Source of the DNA: Macrostomum lignano
Lineage: Eukaryota
DNA length: 64,000 bases
NCBI GenBank assembly: GCA_002269645.1
Contig: NIVC01001124.1
Span: 248,001 to 312,000 of the forward strand
Direction of reading: 5' to 3'
The notes under the pieces are model-generated. The model made no database searches, had not been told where the DNA came from, and worked only from the letters and a program-made list of their open reading frames with translations. Positions 1-10,499 of the stretch are shown here, piece by piece; position 1 is the first letter of the stretch, and the number at the start of each line of letters is the position of its first letter. The position numbers and the translations under genes are program-made.

Positions 1-717
1 TGTTGATGTACTCGCCCGTTTGCCACAGGTGCCCCACGCCGCCAGTAGCCATTTTGGTTGAGTCCAGGTTAACTTTAATCCAAGAGGCTTTTCTTGTCTA
101 GACTAGTAAATGTCCCGCGTATGGCCGCAGTTTTGTATCTTTATGATGTACGTGTGTGATGTACATGGAAGCGGGGGCATGCTATCTTTCCCTCTCTCTC
201 TCCCCTCACTCTCTCACCCCTGTGCAGGGAAGTTCTACCAGGTGAAATGTCACCACCGAACTTTGTTTATATTGCGATTTATCAAGTAGCACTGAATAAA
301 ATTACATCGAAAAACTTGGGACAGTTGCAAAACGTAAAATTTTGGCGAAAATTATTGCGCTATGTTTATGAAGCTTAGCGCAAACTTTTGTTAAACTTTT
401 TCTGTACATATTTCACACGGATTCTTTCAAAGGTGCGTGTATATATTTTTCTAAACATCCGCCAACCACGTGATTTGACAGCAACCAAGTTTTGAATAAA
501 GAAATGTATCAAGGTTAAAACAAAACAAAATGTAGTTTATTCAAATAGAAAGAGGTTTTAATCATGCAGGTGGACCTGGTGCTTTAGATCTCTTTTTCTT
601 GAAGTAATCTTGAAGTAATCTTGCTTGAAGAGTCATAGTCGGTCAAATAGAGGCATAGCCAGTATTTTTTATTACATGAGGAGGCACATCTTTGTGTGCG
701 CCCCAAGGCGACAGTGA

Positions 718-882
718 AGGGGCGCCAGTATCAAGGGGCGCCAGTATCAATTGGGGCGCCAGTACCAAGGGGCACCAGTATCAAGGGCGCCAGTATCAAG
801 GGGCGCCAGTATCAAGGGGCGCCAGTATCAAGGGGCGCCAGTATCAAGGGGCGCCAGTATCAAGGGGCGCCAGCAAAAAGGA
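718..882. repeat. 16-bp minisatellite (GGGGCGCCAGTATCAA)n
   Basis: About 10 visible tandem copies; a related GGGGCGCCAG motif occurs twice near 5672-5700. Confidence 0.9.
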
Positions 883-1264
883 GTGCCAGCACCATGAGCG
901 CCTGCGGCATGAAGTGCTGCCAAAGACAATTAAAGTAGTTGCTGGGGAACTGCTAAAACTGAGAATGTGGAAGTAATAATTTTTGCCAGTCTATTGTTGA
1001 GACCACCCTTTATCCCGGTAGCTTCACCCCTGAAATGATCTCATAGAAACCATATTTAGAGCCGCAAATTGCGTTTTCATATAACAGAGAAACATATATG
1101 CACATGCAACATTTAATACAAGTTATAAATTAGCATTGCAAAGTAGCTATTGATGAAAACTAATTGACTCCATAAAAATGAAACACTGATTTTAAAAAAA
1201 AAGTATTTTAATCAGAACAAACTCAAACAGTACTGTATGTATATAGTGAAAACTACTGTCTCAT

Positions 1265-1510
1265 TCATACTGGCTGCCACTGTCGCATTTCTATTTCAAA
1301 GTAGGTCAGATGGCCGAGCCGGCTGATGGATTGGCCTGAATCTAAGCTACTAAAGGTCAGCACTGAGCCACGTCGCAGGTACCGAGTGCCGAAGATGGTG
1401 CAGTGCGTGTAGAGACCGAACACTGTCTCTATGCAGCTGATCCAGGACTGCCCGTTAACTTTAGCCGAAGTGTCAACTGGCACAGATGGGCTTGGATTCC
1501 AAAAAGTCAC
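1265..1510 (-). CDS. TNF-like gene, terminal exon
   Basis: Acceptor tttcaag at 1511-1512; VTFWNPSP...[13 protein letters not shown] followed by a stop. Confidence 0.75.
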   Translation of the reverse strand: MTFWNPSPSVPVDTSAKVNGQSWISCIETVFGLYTHCTIFGTRYLRRGSVLTFSSLDSGQSISRLGHLTYFEIEMRQWQPV

Positions 1511-4500
1511 CTTGAAATTTATAAATTTATGAAACGTGAGAATTTGTTAGCCATTCGATTTTTAGACTGACTGCAGAGTAATTAAGGTAATGTGCTTTAT
1601 TGAGCAGAATAAATTGGTGATGGATGAATTAGTGATGGATGAGTTGGTGATGGATGAATTGGTGATGGATGAGTTGGTGATGTATGAATTGGTGATGGAT
1701 GAGTTGCTGATGGATGAGTTGGTGATGGACTAATCGGTGATGGACTAATCGGTGATGGACTAAACGGTGACGGGACTAATCGGTGATGGGACTAACCGGT
1801 GATGGACGGATTGGTGATGGATGAATTAGTGATGGATGAATTGGTGATGTATGAATTGGTGATGGATGAGTTGGTGATGTATGAATTGGTGATGGATGAG
1901 TTGGTGATGGATGAATTGGTGATGGATGAGTTGGTGATGGATGAATTGGTGATGGATGAACTGGTGATGGATGAATTGGTGATGGATGAATTAGTGATGG
2001 ATGAATTGGTGATGTATGAATTAGTGATGGATGAGTTGGTGATGGATGAATTGGTGATGGATGAGTTGGTGATGGATGAATTGGTGATGGATGAATTGGT
2101 AATGGATGAGTTGGTGATGGATGAATTAGTGATGGATGAATTGGTGATGGATGAATTGGTGATGGATGAGTTGGTGATGGATGAATTGGTGATGGATGAG
2201 TTGGTGATGGATGAATTGGTGATGGATGAGTTAGTGATGTATGAATTGGTGATGGATGAATTGGTGATGGATGAGTTGGTGATGTATGAATTGGTGATGT
2301 ATGAATTGGTGATGCATGAGTTGGTGATGGATGAATTGGTGATGGATGAATTAGTGATGGATGAATTGGTGATGGATGAATTGGTGATGTATGAATTGGT
2401 GATGGATGAGTTGGTGATGGATGAATTGGTGATGGATGAGTTGGTGATGGATGAGTTGGTGATGGACTAGTCGGTGATGGACTAATCGGTGACGGGACTA
2501 ATCGGTGATGGGACCAACCGGTGATGGACGGATCGGTGATGGGACTAATCATGATGGACTATTTGTAAACAAACGTAGACAAAAAATACACAATTTTAAA
2601 CTAACAGCAGGCCTTACAGCCGCATTGATTCGGTAAACACCATCCAACAGAATTAAAACTTCGGATCCGCGGTCAGTGTGTCGCAGATGAAAGAAATCAG
2701 TCATTCTAAAGCAGCTGTATTCCTCCGCTTCCGCACATTTTAGCTGATAATTGGCTGCAATTTTGACGTTAAAAAATGTTAATGCAACACGCTGGATATG
2801 TAAGGCAATGAGACTTCAGCTTTTCGGAATTGATTTACCTGTTTTCGACGTATGAATTGAACTCGTTTTATTCTGAACTTGCAGCTCAAGTCGTAGTCCG
2901 ATCCACTTCTAAAAAGATAATTTCAAAAGATAGCGTGTGAACTTTCAAATTTTAATTGAATATTACCGAGTCAGGGTCGACTCGACTCACTCATTTTGGG
3001 GCCGCAGGCACTCATTTTGGGGTCGCAGTACTCGTTTTGGGGTCGCAGTCACTCATTTTGGGGTCGCAGTCACTCATTTTGGGGCCGCAGGCACTCATTT
3101 TAGCACCGCAGGCACTCATTTTAGCACCGCAGGCACTCATTTTAGCACCGCAGGCACTCATTTTAGCACCGCAGGCACTCATTTTAGCGCTGCAGGCACT
3201 CATTTTAGCACCGCAGGCACTCATTTTAGCACCGCAGGCACTCATTTTAGCACCGCAGTCACTCATTTTGGGGCCGCAGGCACTCATTTTAGCACCGCAG
3301 GCACTCATTTTAGCACCGCAGGCACTCATTTTAGCACCGCAGGCACTCATTTTAGCACCGCAGGCACTCATTTTAGCACCGCAGGCACTCATTTTAGCGC
3401 TGCAGGCACTCATTTTAGCACCGCAGGCACTCATTTTAGCACCGCTGGCACTCATTTTAGCACCGCAGGCACTCATTTTAGCACCGCAGGCACTCATTTT
3501 AGCACCGCAGGCACTCATTTTAGCACCGCAGGCACTCATTTTAGCGCCGCAGGCACTCATTTTAGCACCGCAGGCACTCATTTTAGCGCCGCAGGCACTC
3601 ATTTTAGCACCGCAGGCACTCATTTTAGCACCGCAGGCACTCATTTTAGCACCGCAGGCACTCATTTTAGCACCGCAGGCACTCATTTTAGCACCGCAGG
3701 CACTCATTTTAGCGCCGCAGGCACTCATTTTAGCGCCGCAGGCACTCATTTTAGCGCCGCAGGCACTCATTTTAGCACCGCAGGCACTCATTTTAGCACC
3801 GCAGGCACTCATTTTAGCGCCGCAGGCACTCATTTTAGCACCGCAGGCACTCATTTTAGCACCGCAGGCACTCATTTTAGCGCCGCAGGCACTCATTTTA
3901 GCACCGCAGGCACTCATTTTAGCACCGCAGGCACTCATTTTAGCGCCGCAGGCACTCATTTTAGCGCCGCAGGCACTCATTTTAGCACCGCAGGCACTCA
4001 TTTTGGCACCGCAGGCACTCATTTTGGCACCGCAGGCACCCATTTTGGCACCGCAGGCACTCATTTTGGCACCGCAGGCACTCATTTTAGCGCCGCAGGC
4101 ACTCATTTTGGCACCGCAGGCACTCATTTTAGCGCCGCAGGCACTCATTTTGGCACCGCAGGCACTCATTTTAGCACCGCAGGCACTCATTTTAGCACCG
4201 CAGGCACTCATTTTAGCGCCGCAGGCACTCATTTTAGAGCACAGGCGTTATATTTTGTCACACTTAAAGCAAAATTATTGATTTCCATAACGGGTCACAA
4301 GGTTGGGTGGGGTGGACAAAGCATTGGCTTGTCCCCCCATTAGCTTTTACTGTGGGGGGTCATGCCCCCCCTTGTCCCAACCCGGTGGCGATGCCCCTAG
4401 AACCAGAGTCAGAGCTCTTATAAGGCTCATTCACACTGCCATCAAACGAGTCACCAAAGCACACGACCAATGCACAAAGGAATCAAATTTGATGTACAAA

Positions 4501-5015
4501 TTGTGTGATCACACGAAATTTGGTCTTATTTGATGGCAGAGTGGAACGACCTTTAGACTGTGTTTTGTTATAGTCTAAAAATGAACTAGTCTGTATTTCC
4601 TTCCGCAGCTGCTCGAGAGTACAGAGCTGCTGAAAAGTTACTCAAGTGACACAGTGAAGTTGATCACCTTTTCCATTGACATTGCAGACGATGCAGAGAT
4701 CCTACCGTCCTTGAGACCGCGATTGTTGAGCAGAAAGACGCAACAGACGGCGAACAGAGCAACAAGAATGGTCTGGCAGACGAGCCACAGGGCTGGCGTG
4801 ACGGCGCCTTTCTGCAGGCAGGGTGGTCGGTGATCCACAGCCATGTCGTACACCTGGCTGAACCGTTGGCTGATCACCGAGCGAGGTCGCGCCCGATCCT
4901 GGCGATGCTTTTTCGACTGTTGCCGATTGCTGCTCGGATGGGTGTTCTTGGCTCGGAGGCTGACCTCAGCCTGTCCGGCGTTCATGTACAGGTAGCTGCC
5001 CGACATCTTAATTCC
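1265..5015 (-). CDS. TNF-superfamily (eiger/EDA-like) type II membrane ligand, spliced, about 266-271 aa
   Basis: Predicted exons (minus): 5015/5006-4668, 4629-4551, 2754-2618, 1510-1265, with GT-AG ends and consistent phases (0,1,0). The product has a basic cytoplasmic N-terminus, one TM segment ([22 protein letters not shown]) and a short helical stalk (LEQLRKEIQ). The C-terminal domain has TNF-like motifs: [47 protein letters not shown] (Cys pair) and terminal LTYFEI. The exon 2 donor (gtcgtt) is weak, so stalk splicing is uncertain. Confidence 0.7.
1611..2560. repeat. 15-bp minisatellite (TTGGTGATGGATGAA)n in TNF-like intron
   Basis: Direct tandem repeat; explains the MDELV and PSPIH ORFs. 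Confidence 0.95.
2618..2754 (-). CDS. TNF-like gene, internal exon (not in ORF track)
   Basis: Acceptor aaattgcag, donor gtaagg at 2617. Open frame (A)[45 protein letters not shown] joins the terminal exon in phase 0. Confidence 0.75.
2988..4236. repeat. 21-bp minisatellite (GCAGGCACTCATTTTAGCACC)n in TNF-like intron
   Basis: About 59 tandem copies; explains three repetitive ORFs. Confidence 0.95.
4424..4551. mobile_element. possible MITE (about 128 bp, imperfect 23-bp TIRs)
   Basis: GGCTCATTCACACTGCCATCAAA (4424-4446) versus the reverse complement of 4529-4551 matches 17/23; TSD not clean. Confidence 0.4.
4551..4629 (-). CDS. TNF-like gene, putative stalk exon
   Basis: Acceptor cttttcag; open frame [26 protein letters not shown] ending in phase 1; weak donor. 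Confidence 0.45.
4668..5015 (-). CDS. TNF-like gene, cytoplasmic plus TM exon
   Basis: ORF 4638-5006 with a single hydrophobic segment; acceptor ttcacag at 5016-5018; donor AAG/gtgatc at 4667. Confidence 0.65.
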
Positions 5016-5284
5016 CTGTGAATTACCTTGTGACCTTGTAGATCGACTTGTTTCTTGTTCGTAGTTGATCGGTCTTGCAACGGCAAAAGCAGAAGTTCAA
5101 TTTCAGATTTTTGCTTACGGTCAGCCAACGATGTGCAGGCCCGATTGCAGCTATAAATATAGTTGGCTTTCTTGCTGCAGTATTTATCATGCTCTGCATC
5201 TTTTTGCTAAGTAGGTGGCTTACAATTTGTTTAAAGCTTGTCCTACATTTCTAAACAGCTTTTGCGCACATTCTTGAAGACTAA

Positions 5285-5554
5285 GAATTAACACATTATT
5301 TACATTAGATTATCCTATGTTGAATTCACAATTAAAGCTTGAACTGTGCGGACATGTACATGTATGTAGTGTAGCTATATAGCTAACTTGAAGCATTTCA
5401 TGCAATTATTTTAGACAAAGTTATATTAGATTTTTGGATTTCAACAGCTGTAATTTAAACTGTTATATAGATATAGCTTAAAATTTAAAATATAGTCAAA
5501 TTACATCCTTTATATGATAGTGGCACATGCAAACTACATTATTTATGGCTAATT
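5285..5554 (+). repeat. dispersed repeat, inverted copy at 54491-54768
   Basis: The reverse complement of 54491-54768 aligns by eye over about 270 bp with scattered mismatches. Confidence 0.85.
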
Positions 5555-6047
5555 CCATGATAAAGATTACTATTGCAAAGTAAGAGCAGAACCACACCGT
5601 TCCTTTCTATTCATTCGGTATAATTTTGTATACTTTTTTCAGCGTACATGAATACATATTCCTTTAGAGACGGGGCGCCAGCTAACGACGGGGCGCCAGC
5701 TACAAAAGCAGGCCAGCTATAGAACACAGAATATAGAGGTTCCTAAGTAAGACAGTGAGACTGCTGCTTAACTGCTGGAAGCTGGCTGTTTCTTGTCATA
5801 CAGTGGATGGAGTGGAGTGAGTGCCACAGGAGAATCTCGGTTGAAAAAATATCGGGTCGGGCAATACGCCTGATAGCACGTTTTCCAATTCCAACCTAAG
5901 TCCCTTTGTTGAGCCTTGGCACTGGCAGCTCCAGCAATTCCCCCCCCCTGAGGCTGAGCCTATATTTTCTGAATGCGAATATTATTTTTGGACATTTTTA
6001 GAACTTACAAAGTATAAGTAACTGTTTCCTGTGCTCCACTATCAGTC

Positions 6048-6119
6048 TCCTCGATAGTATAGTGGTCAGTATCTCCGCCTGTCACGTGGAAGGCCCGGGT
6101 TCGATTCCCGGTCGGGGAG
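6048..6119 (+). tRNA. trnD-GTC: tRNA-Asp (anticodon GTC at 6081-6083)
   Basis: 72-nt cloverleaf TCCTCGA...TCGGGGAG, with A box (TAGTATAGTGG) and B box (GGTTCGATTCC), anticodon stem TCCGC/GTGGA and a T-run Pol III terminator at about 6124-6129. Confidence 0.96.
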
Positions 6120-7512
6120 TAAATTTTTTGAGGCCATAGGCATTTGGTATCGGTATCGACGAACATTTTTTCAAAAAACTTTTATAATCTTTGAATTTGT
6201 TGGCTATTACTTTCCATAAAACTTTCAAAGAAAATTTCCTTTTGCAATTGCCATATGATTCAGCAATATCAAAAATAGTTGTAAAAATAGTGCTTAGAGC
6301 CATGTTCAAATGGCTGAATATCAATAGTACTCGTAGAGACGTACAAAAAGTGAAACCAGTCATTAAAATTTTAAATTCAGCACACTATCTGCTGGTTTTT
6401 GGTTTGCTAATATTGAAACGCCGATATGTATAGTAGTGTACTTTCCAGGGCGAAATTTCACAATTTAGTTAGGTGCCTAAAATTGCTTTAAAATCTGCCT
6501 TGAAATGCAGCAGTAAATTTTGTCTCTTTTGTGTAAGAAGATAAGCATTATTTTCTGTCCTTGTGAGACTATATGTACGTGAAATTAGAAGCTGAATTTT
6601 GTTTAATAATTTTTAAGCCTATAAGGGTTTAACCTTTAAACCTACTGCTTTTTGTGGCAAGTAGTAAAGTTAGCGTTTTAGCGTTTTATTATAAAACCAT
6701 TTACTGCTTAAAAAACAAATACTGCTTGCTCATTCCACAGATACATGTACTATATTATTATAGTATCTGTGGATCATCCATGCGAAGCAGTTTCAGAGCA
6801 TTTTGAATATCGCGACCCGTACAAGCACGATAAGTTCCTAAATGCAACAGGAATTTTAGCAGTCTGACAAACTATGAAAGAAAGATGTAAATATCCAACC
6901 AAATTAGATCGGATGGAGCATTGCCCTGATCACCGCCTCGAATTCGGCTAACCTTGTCCTTGTCTTATATGTGGTCTACCACCCGAATTTCTTATTTTTA
7001 TATCGCTGATTTCGATCAGAAGCAAAAATATGACTTTCAACCCTTTAAAGCCTCTTATACACAGAACATAGACGATATGTTCTGCACTCTGCATATAGAG
7101 CTGGACAGAAGCTGCAAGCGGTTGAAAAAAAACAGTCAAGTACGCCCGTCTGCGTCTACAGTGCAGTCCACTGGCTGTTTACACTGCATGTCATCCAACC
7201 CTGTTTACTTTCTCATACAACCAACACACACACACACATACACCCTCCGTTGACATTTTCAGTTCGCACGGCCTCCGCGCGGCTCTTCTCTTTCTTCATG
7301 TCATGATAGGCATTGATGTGCCAAAATCGTAATAAAATAATGTACAATTTTCAAGGCAGCTTATCACACACGAATATGAAGCTGTCATAAATTGACAATA
7401 TCAGACGGACAATGAAGCTAGTTGGACAATAGTTGTTTGGGTTGGTTGTGTGTGAGGCTTGCAATCTGAGAAGGCCTCATCCACCGTAGCTGTATGGGCA
7501 CGCCGAAGATGC

Positions 7513-7518
7513 AGAGAG

Positions 7519-7577
<59 letters not shown>
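7513..7577. repeat. (GA)n microsatellite
   Basis: Direct. Confidence 0.95.
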
Positions 7578-7579
<2 letters not shown>

Positions 7580-8191
7580 GGCAGGGGTTCCAGCTCATAC
7601 TTTTCTGTTGAAAAAAAAACTGCTTGGGCAGTTTTGAAGTGGGGGAGGGGTGGAGAACCAGACAGAAAATTGACTGGAGGCAGCAGCAGCAGCAGGCTGG
7701 GCGAGGGTGGGTGAGGAGGCTGCAGAGCGAGAAGTATTGTACTTGGTAGCCCTGTGGCCATAATTTAGTAAATAAGCCAATCGCATCACAGCGCGTGTAT
7801 AGGTGAGGCAGCGACTTTAGTCTTGAAGGAAACTGCGTAGCAGACAGAGGCTTCTTTTGGATTGGAGAGCAAGGTTTCTGCATTGAGGCAGAGTGCACTT
7901 ACCCCCATGCTTCACGAACTCTCCGCACATTATAGAGTGTAAATGTACATTTTTAATGCCGAGAGCCTTGGGTTGGCTGGCTGCTGTTGAACAAAAGCAC
8001 CGGCCAAATTAGCCTCGCCCAGGTGAAACTGTAACCACGGAGGGCCGCACAGGGCAGCAGAGCAGACGTACTGGATATCGCTGTATACACCCCACTTTTT
8101 CCGCTACTAAATTTATTACAGAGAAAGTCTTACTATCTGACTTGAACTCGAACAATAGGCAGAGGTAATCCATACTTCCATAGCTCGGACA

Positions 8192-9280
8192 ATGAGCGAA
8201 AACGTCAGTCTGATGGTGTCTGCTCAGCCGAAGCTGCCAGAAGGGCAGCAGCCACAGCAGCCACAGCAGCAGCAGCAGCAGCAGCAGCAGCCGCTGAGCA
8301 GTGCACAGAAGCCTCGACCGTTAGGCCGAGTCCGAGTCCAGGGCCAGAGGGCGAATGGTCAGCCGAGAAAGTCCGAGGACTTCAGCGTGCAAGGCGAGGC
8401 ATTTAGCGCGGTGGAAAAGCAGCAGAGCAGCAGCACCGGCAGCCTGCCGCCCATCACTAGCGGCCAGCAGACGCCGCAGCACCAGCGCCAGTCCAGCATC
8501 CAATCGACGTCGTCCAGCAGTCCAACTAGCGACGCCTTTAGGCTAACCCGGCTGCAACAGCGCGAGCAGGAGCTGCTGAAGAAGCTGCAGGACGCGGCCG
8601 CCCGAGAGAAGCTGCTCAAAGAACAAGTCGACAAGCTGGAGAAGATGCTAGGGACGGCCCAGAAGCTGCTGGACGATGAGAGAAAGGCGAGACAGGGTGT
8701 TGAGGCGCAACTGGCAGACTCGTCAGACAGCGGCGACAAATACCGCCTGCTGTACGAGGAAGAGTGCCGAGCTCACCAGGCCACAGCGCAGCGAATTGAG
8801 CAGCTGCAGGAGCTGCACAGGGAGGAGACGGCCAGACTGATGCAGCAGCTGGACAGTCTGAAAGATCAGTTGAAGCAGACCGAGTCGCGGCACGAGGACG
8901 AGCTAGCGAAGCTGCACCGGGAGCATCAGCAGGCTCTGTCCGATCGGGACAAACGAATCGACAATCTCAAGCGCCAGGTGGCCGGCGCGCTGGGCACGAA
9001 TTCGCACGAGCGACAGTCGCAAATTGATCAGCTGAACAAAGAGCTGCAGAAGATGGTCCACGAAGTTGAAACACTTCGACGACGGACTGGGGGCGGCGGC
9101 TGTCAGCAGTGCCCGACCAAGGACGCGGCGATGCGGGACCAGGGCGAGCAGATCCGACAGCTGGGCGCGATTTGCCAACGGTTCCGAGGCCAGCTGAGTG
9201 AACAGGAGCAGATGCTCATCATGCTGCTTGGAAGCAAAACTTCCACCGGGGCTGCTGGGGTTTCAAAAGCTAAGCAATGA
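8192..9280 (+). CDS. intronless coiled-coil protein of unknown function, 362 aa
   Basis: Long GC-rich ORF with the same codon style as Hsp70 and myosin; polyQ and Ser-rich N-terminus, long E/K/Q/L heptad region, CQQC near the C-terminus; AATAAA at 9470-9475. Confidence 0.82.
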   Translation: MSENVSLMVSAQPKLPEGQQPQQPQQQQQQQQQPLSSAQKPRPLGRVRVQGQRANGQPRKSEDFSVQGEAFSAVEKQQSSSTGSLPPITSGQQTPQHQRQSSIQSTSSSSPTSDAFRLTRLQQREQELLKKLQDAAAREKLLKEQVDKLEKMLGTAQKLLDDERKARQGVEAQLADSSDSGDKYRLLYEEECRAHQATAQRIEQLQELHREETARLMQQLDSLKDQLKQTESRHEDELAKLHREHQQALSDRDKRIDNLKRQVAGALGTNSHERQSQIDQLNKELQKMVHEVETLRRRTGGGGCQQCPTKDAAMRDQGEQIRQLGAICQRFRGQLSEQEQMLIMLLGSKTSTGAAGVSKAKQ

Positions 9281-10499
9281 TTTTTGCTAATTCTCCAGTG
9301 TTTTGTCATGCTAAATTTGAGCTTGTTGTTAGATCTGGCGCCATGGCAACCGAGTTTGAAACACGCTACACTAGACTTTCTTAGAAACGAGCCGGAGGTC
9401 GGTAAGGGCACGCATAACGCTGAATGGGGGTTTTGCCATAGACAAGTTCAGTTGGGAAAAACCGTTTTAAATAAATCAGATTTCTCTAGAGCATAACTAC
9501 ATGCACCGGCGATGCGAAAAGTACACGTTCCTGACCGACCTTCACCTGATTTCTAAGAAAAATCGATTTTAGTTGATTAATTTCTGTCGCCTTAGAGTAT
9601 TTTTAGAGTCATTTTATACTTTGTCTATGGTAAAAACCCATTTCACTGATGCATCTGTGAACATGTACTCTGTTCGCTGCCCAATATGCTGCTCATTTAT
9701 CGACCAATGTTTCAACAGAGATACTTTCTTCAATTAATCTTCTTGCCTTCATTTCTGTGCACCGAAATCGAAGTGATAATTCACATTTTACTTCAAGTTG
9801 CTCTCTTCGCTGCTTGTCTTCCGTTATGCTAAAATTTTCTATGTAAAACCTTACGTTTCCTGCAATGAAATAAATAAAGTTTAAAACTTTCCAAAATTTT
9901 CCTATGCTACATGTGAGGATCGTGCTAATATACTCGTGTGCATGCATGTGTATGACAAAATGCAAACTCATGACCTTGTTCAATCAATCACTCAATGCTC
10001 TGGCCCTCCAACTTCTGTCAGATGGCCAGCCCCAAGGTAACCTATAGATGAAGTAAGCAGCTGGGTCCTGTAGCTATAAAGAGAGGGCAGCGAGAGACAA
10101 GCAAGAAGATTTTTAATTCTGAGTTCAAAATGATTCAGATCGCGAACAAGCTATACGAGCTACTCTTAGTATTAAATGGTGGATTTCTGCTTCGAAAAGT
10201 TGAGAACATGAAAAGTCATGCAAGTGCAGAACAAAAATCAGACTTCGGGGAGGCAGTTCAAAAAGTAAGGATAATTTTGTTCTCACAAGTGTCAAAACTT
10301 CAAATCACCCAGACCGACCTTCAGGGTCGTGCAATGTTATAGTGGAACACGTCGATTCTGATTGGCTGAGCCTACACTGAATTTTTTAAAATGCTACCTA
10401 GACCCGAAACGCCAAATTATCCTACCAGGCTCACCTCTAATAATAAAATAAGTATTTCTTGGTATTGTAAGGGTGCATGTAAATTTATAGGTTGGGAAA

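Noticed and set aside
1776-4343. Long repetitive ORFs (MDELV, PSPIH, AGTHFST, PQALILA, MSACGAK)
   Set aside because: By-products of 15- and 21-bp minisatellites, open in several frames on both strands and lying in introns of the TNF-like gene.
6082-6433. ORFs overlapping or next to tRNA-Asp
   Set aside because: AT-rich non-coding-like composition; the PRPGIEPG motif is simply the antisense tRNA T-arm.
9693-10342. Short ORFs and splice-like sites downstream of the coiled-coil gene
   Set aside because: Could not be assembled into a consistent gene and no domain was recognised.
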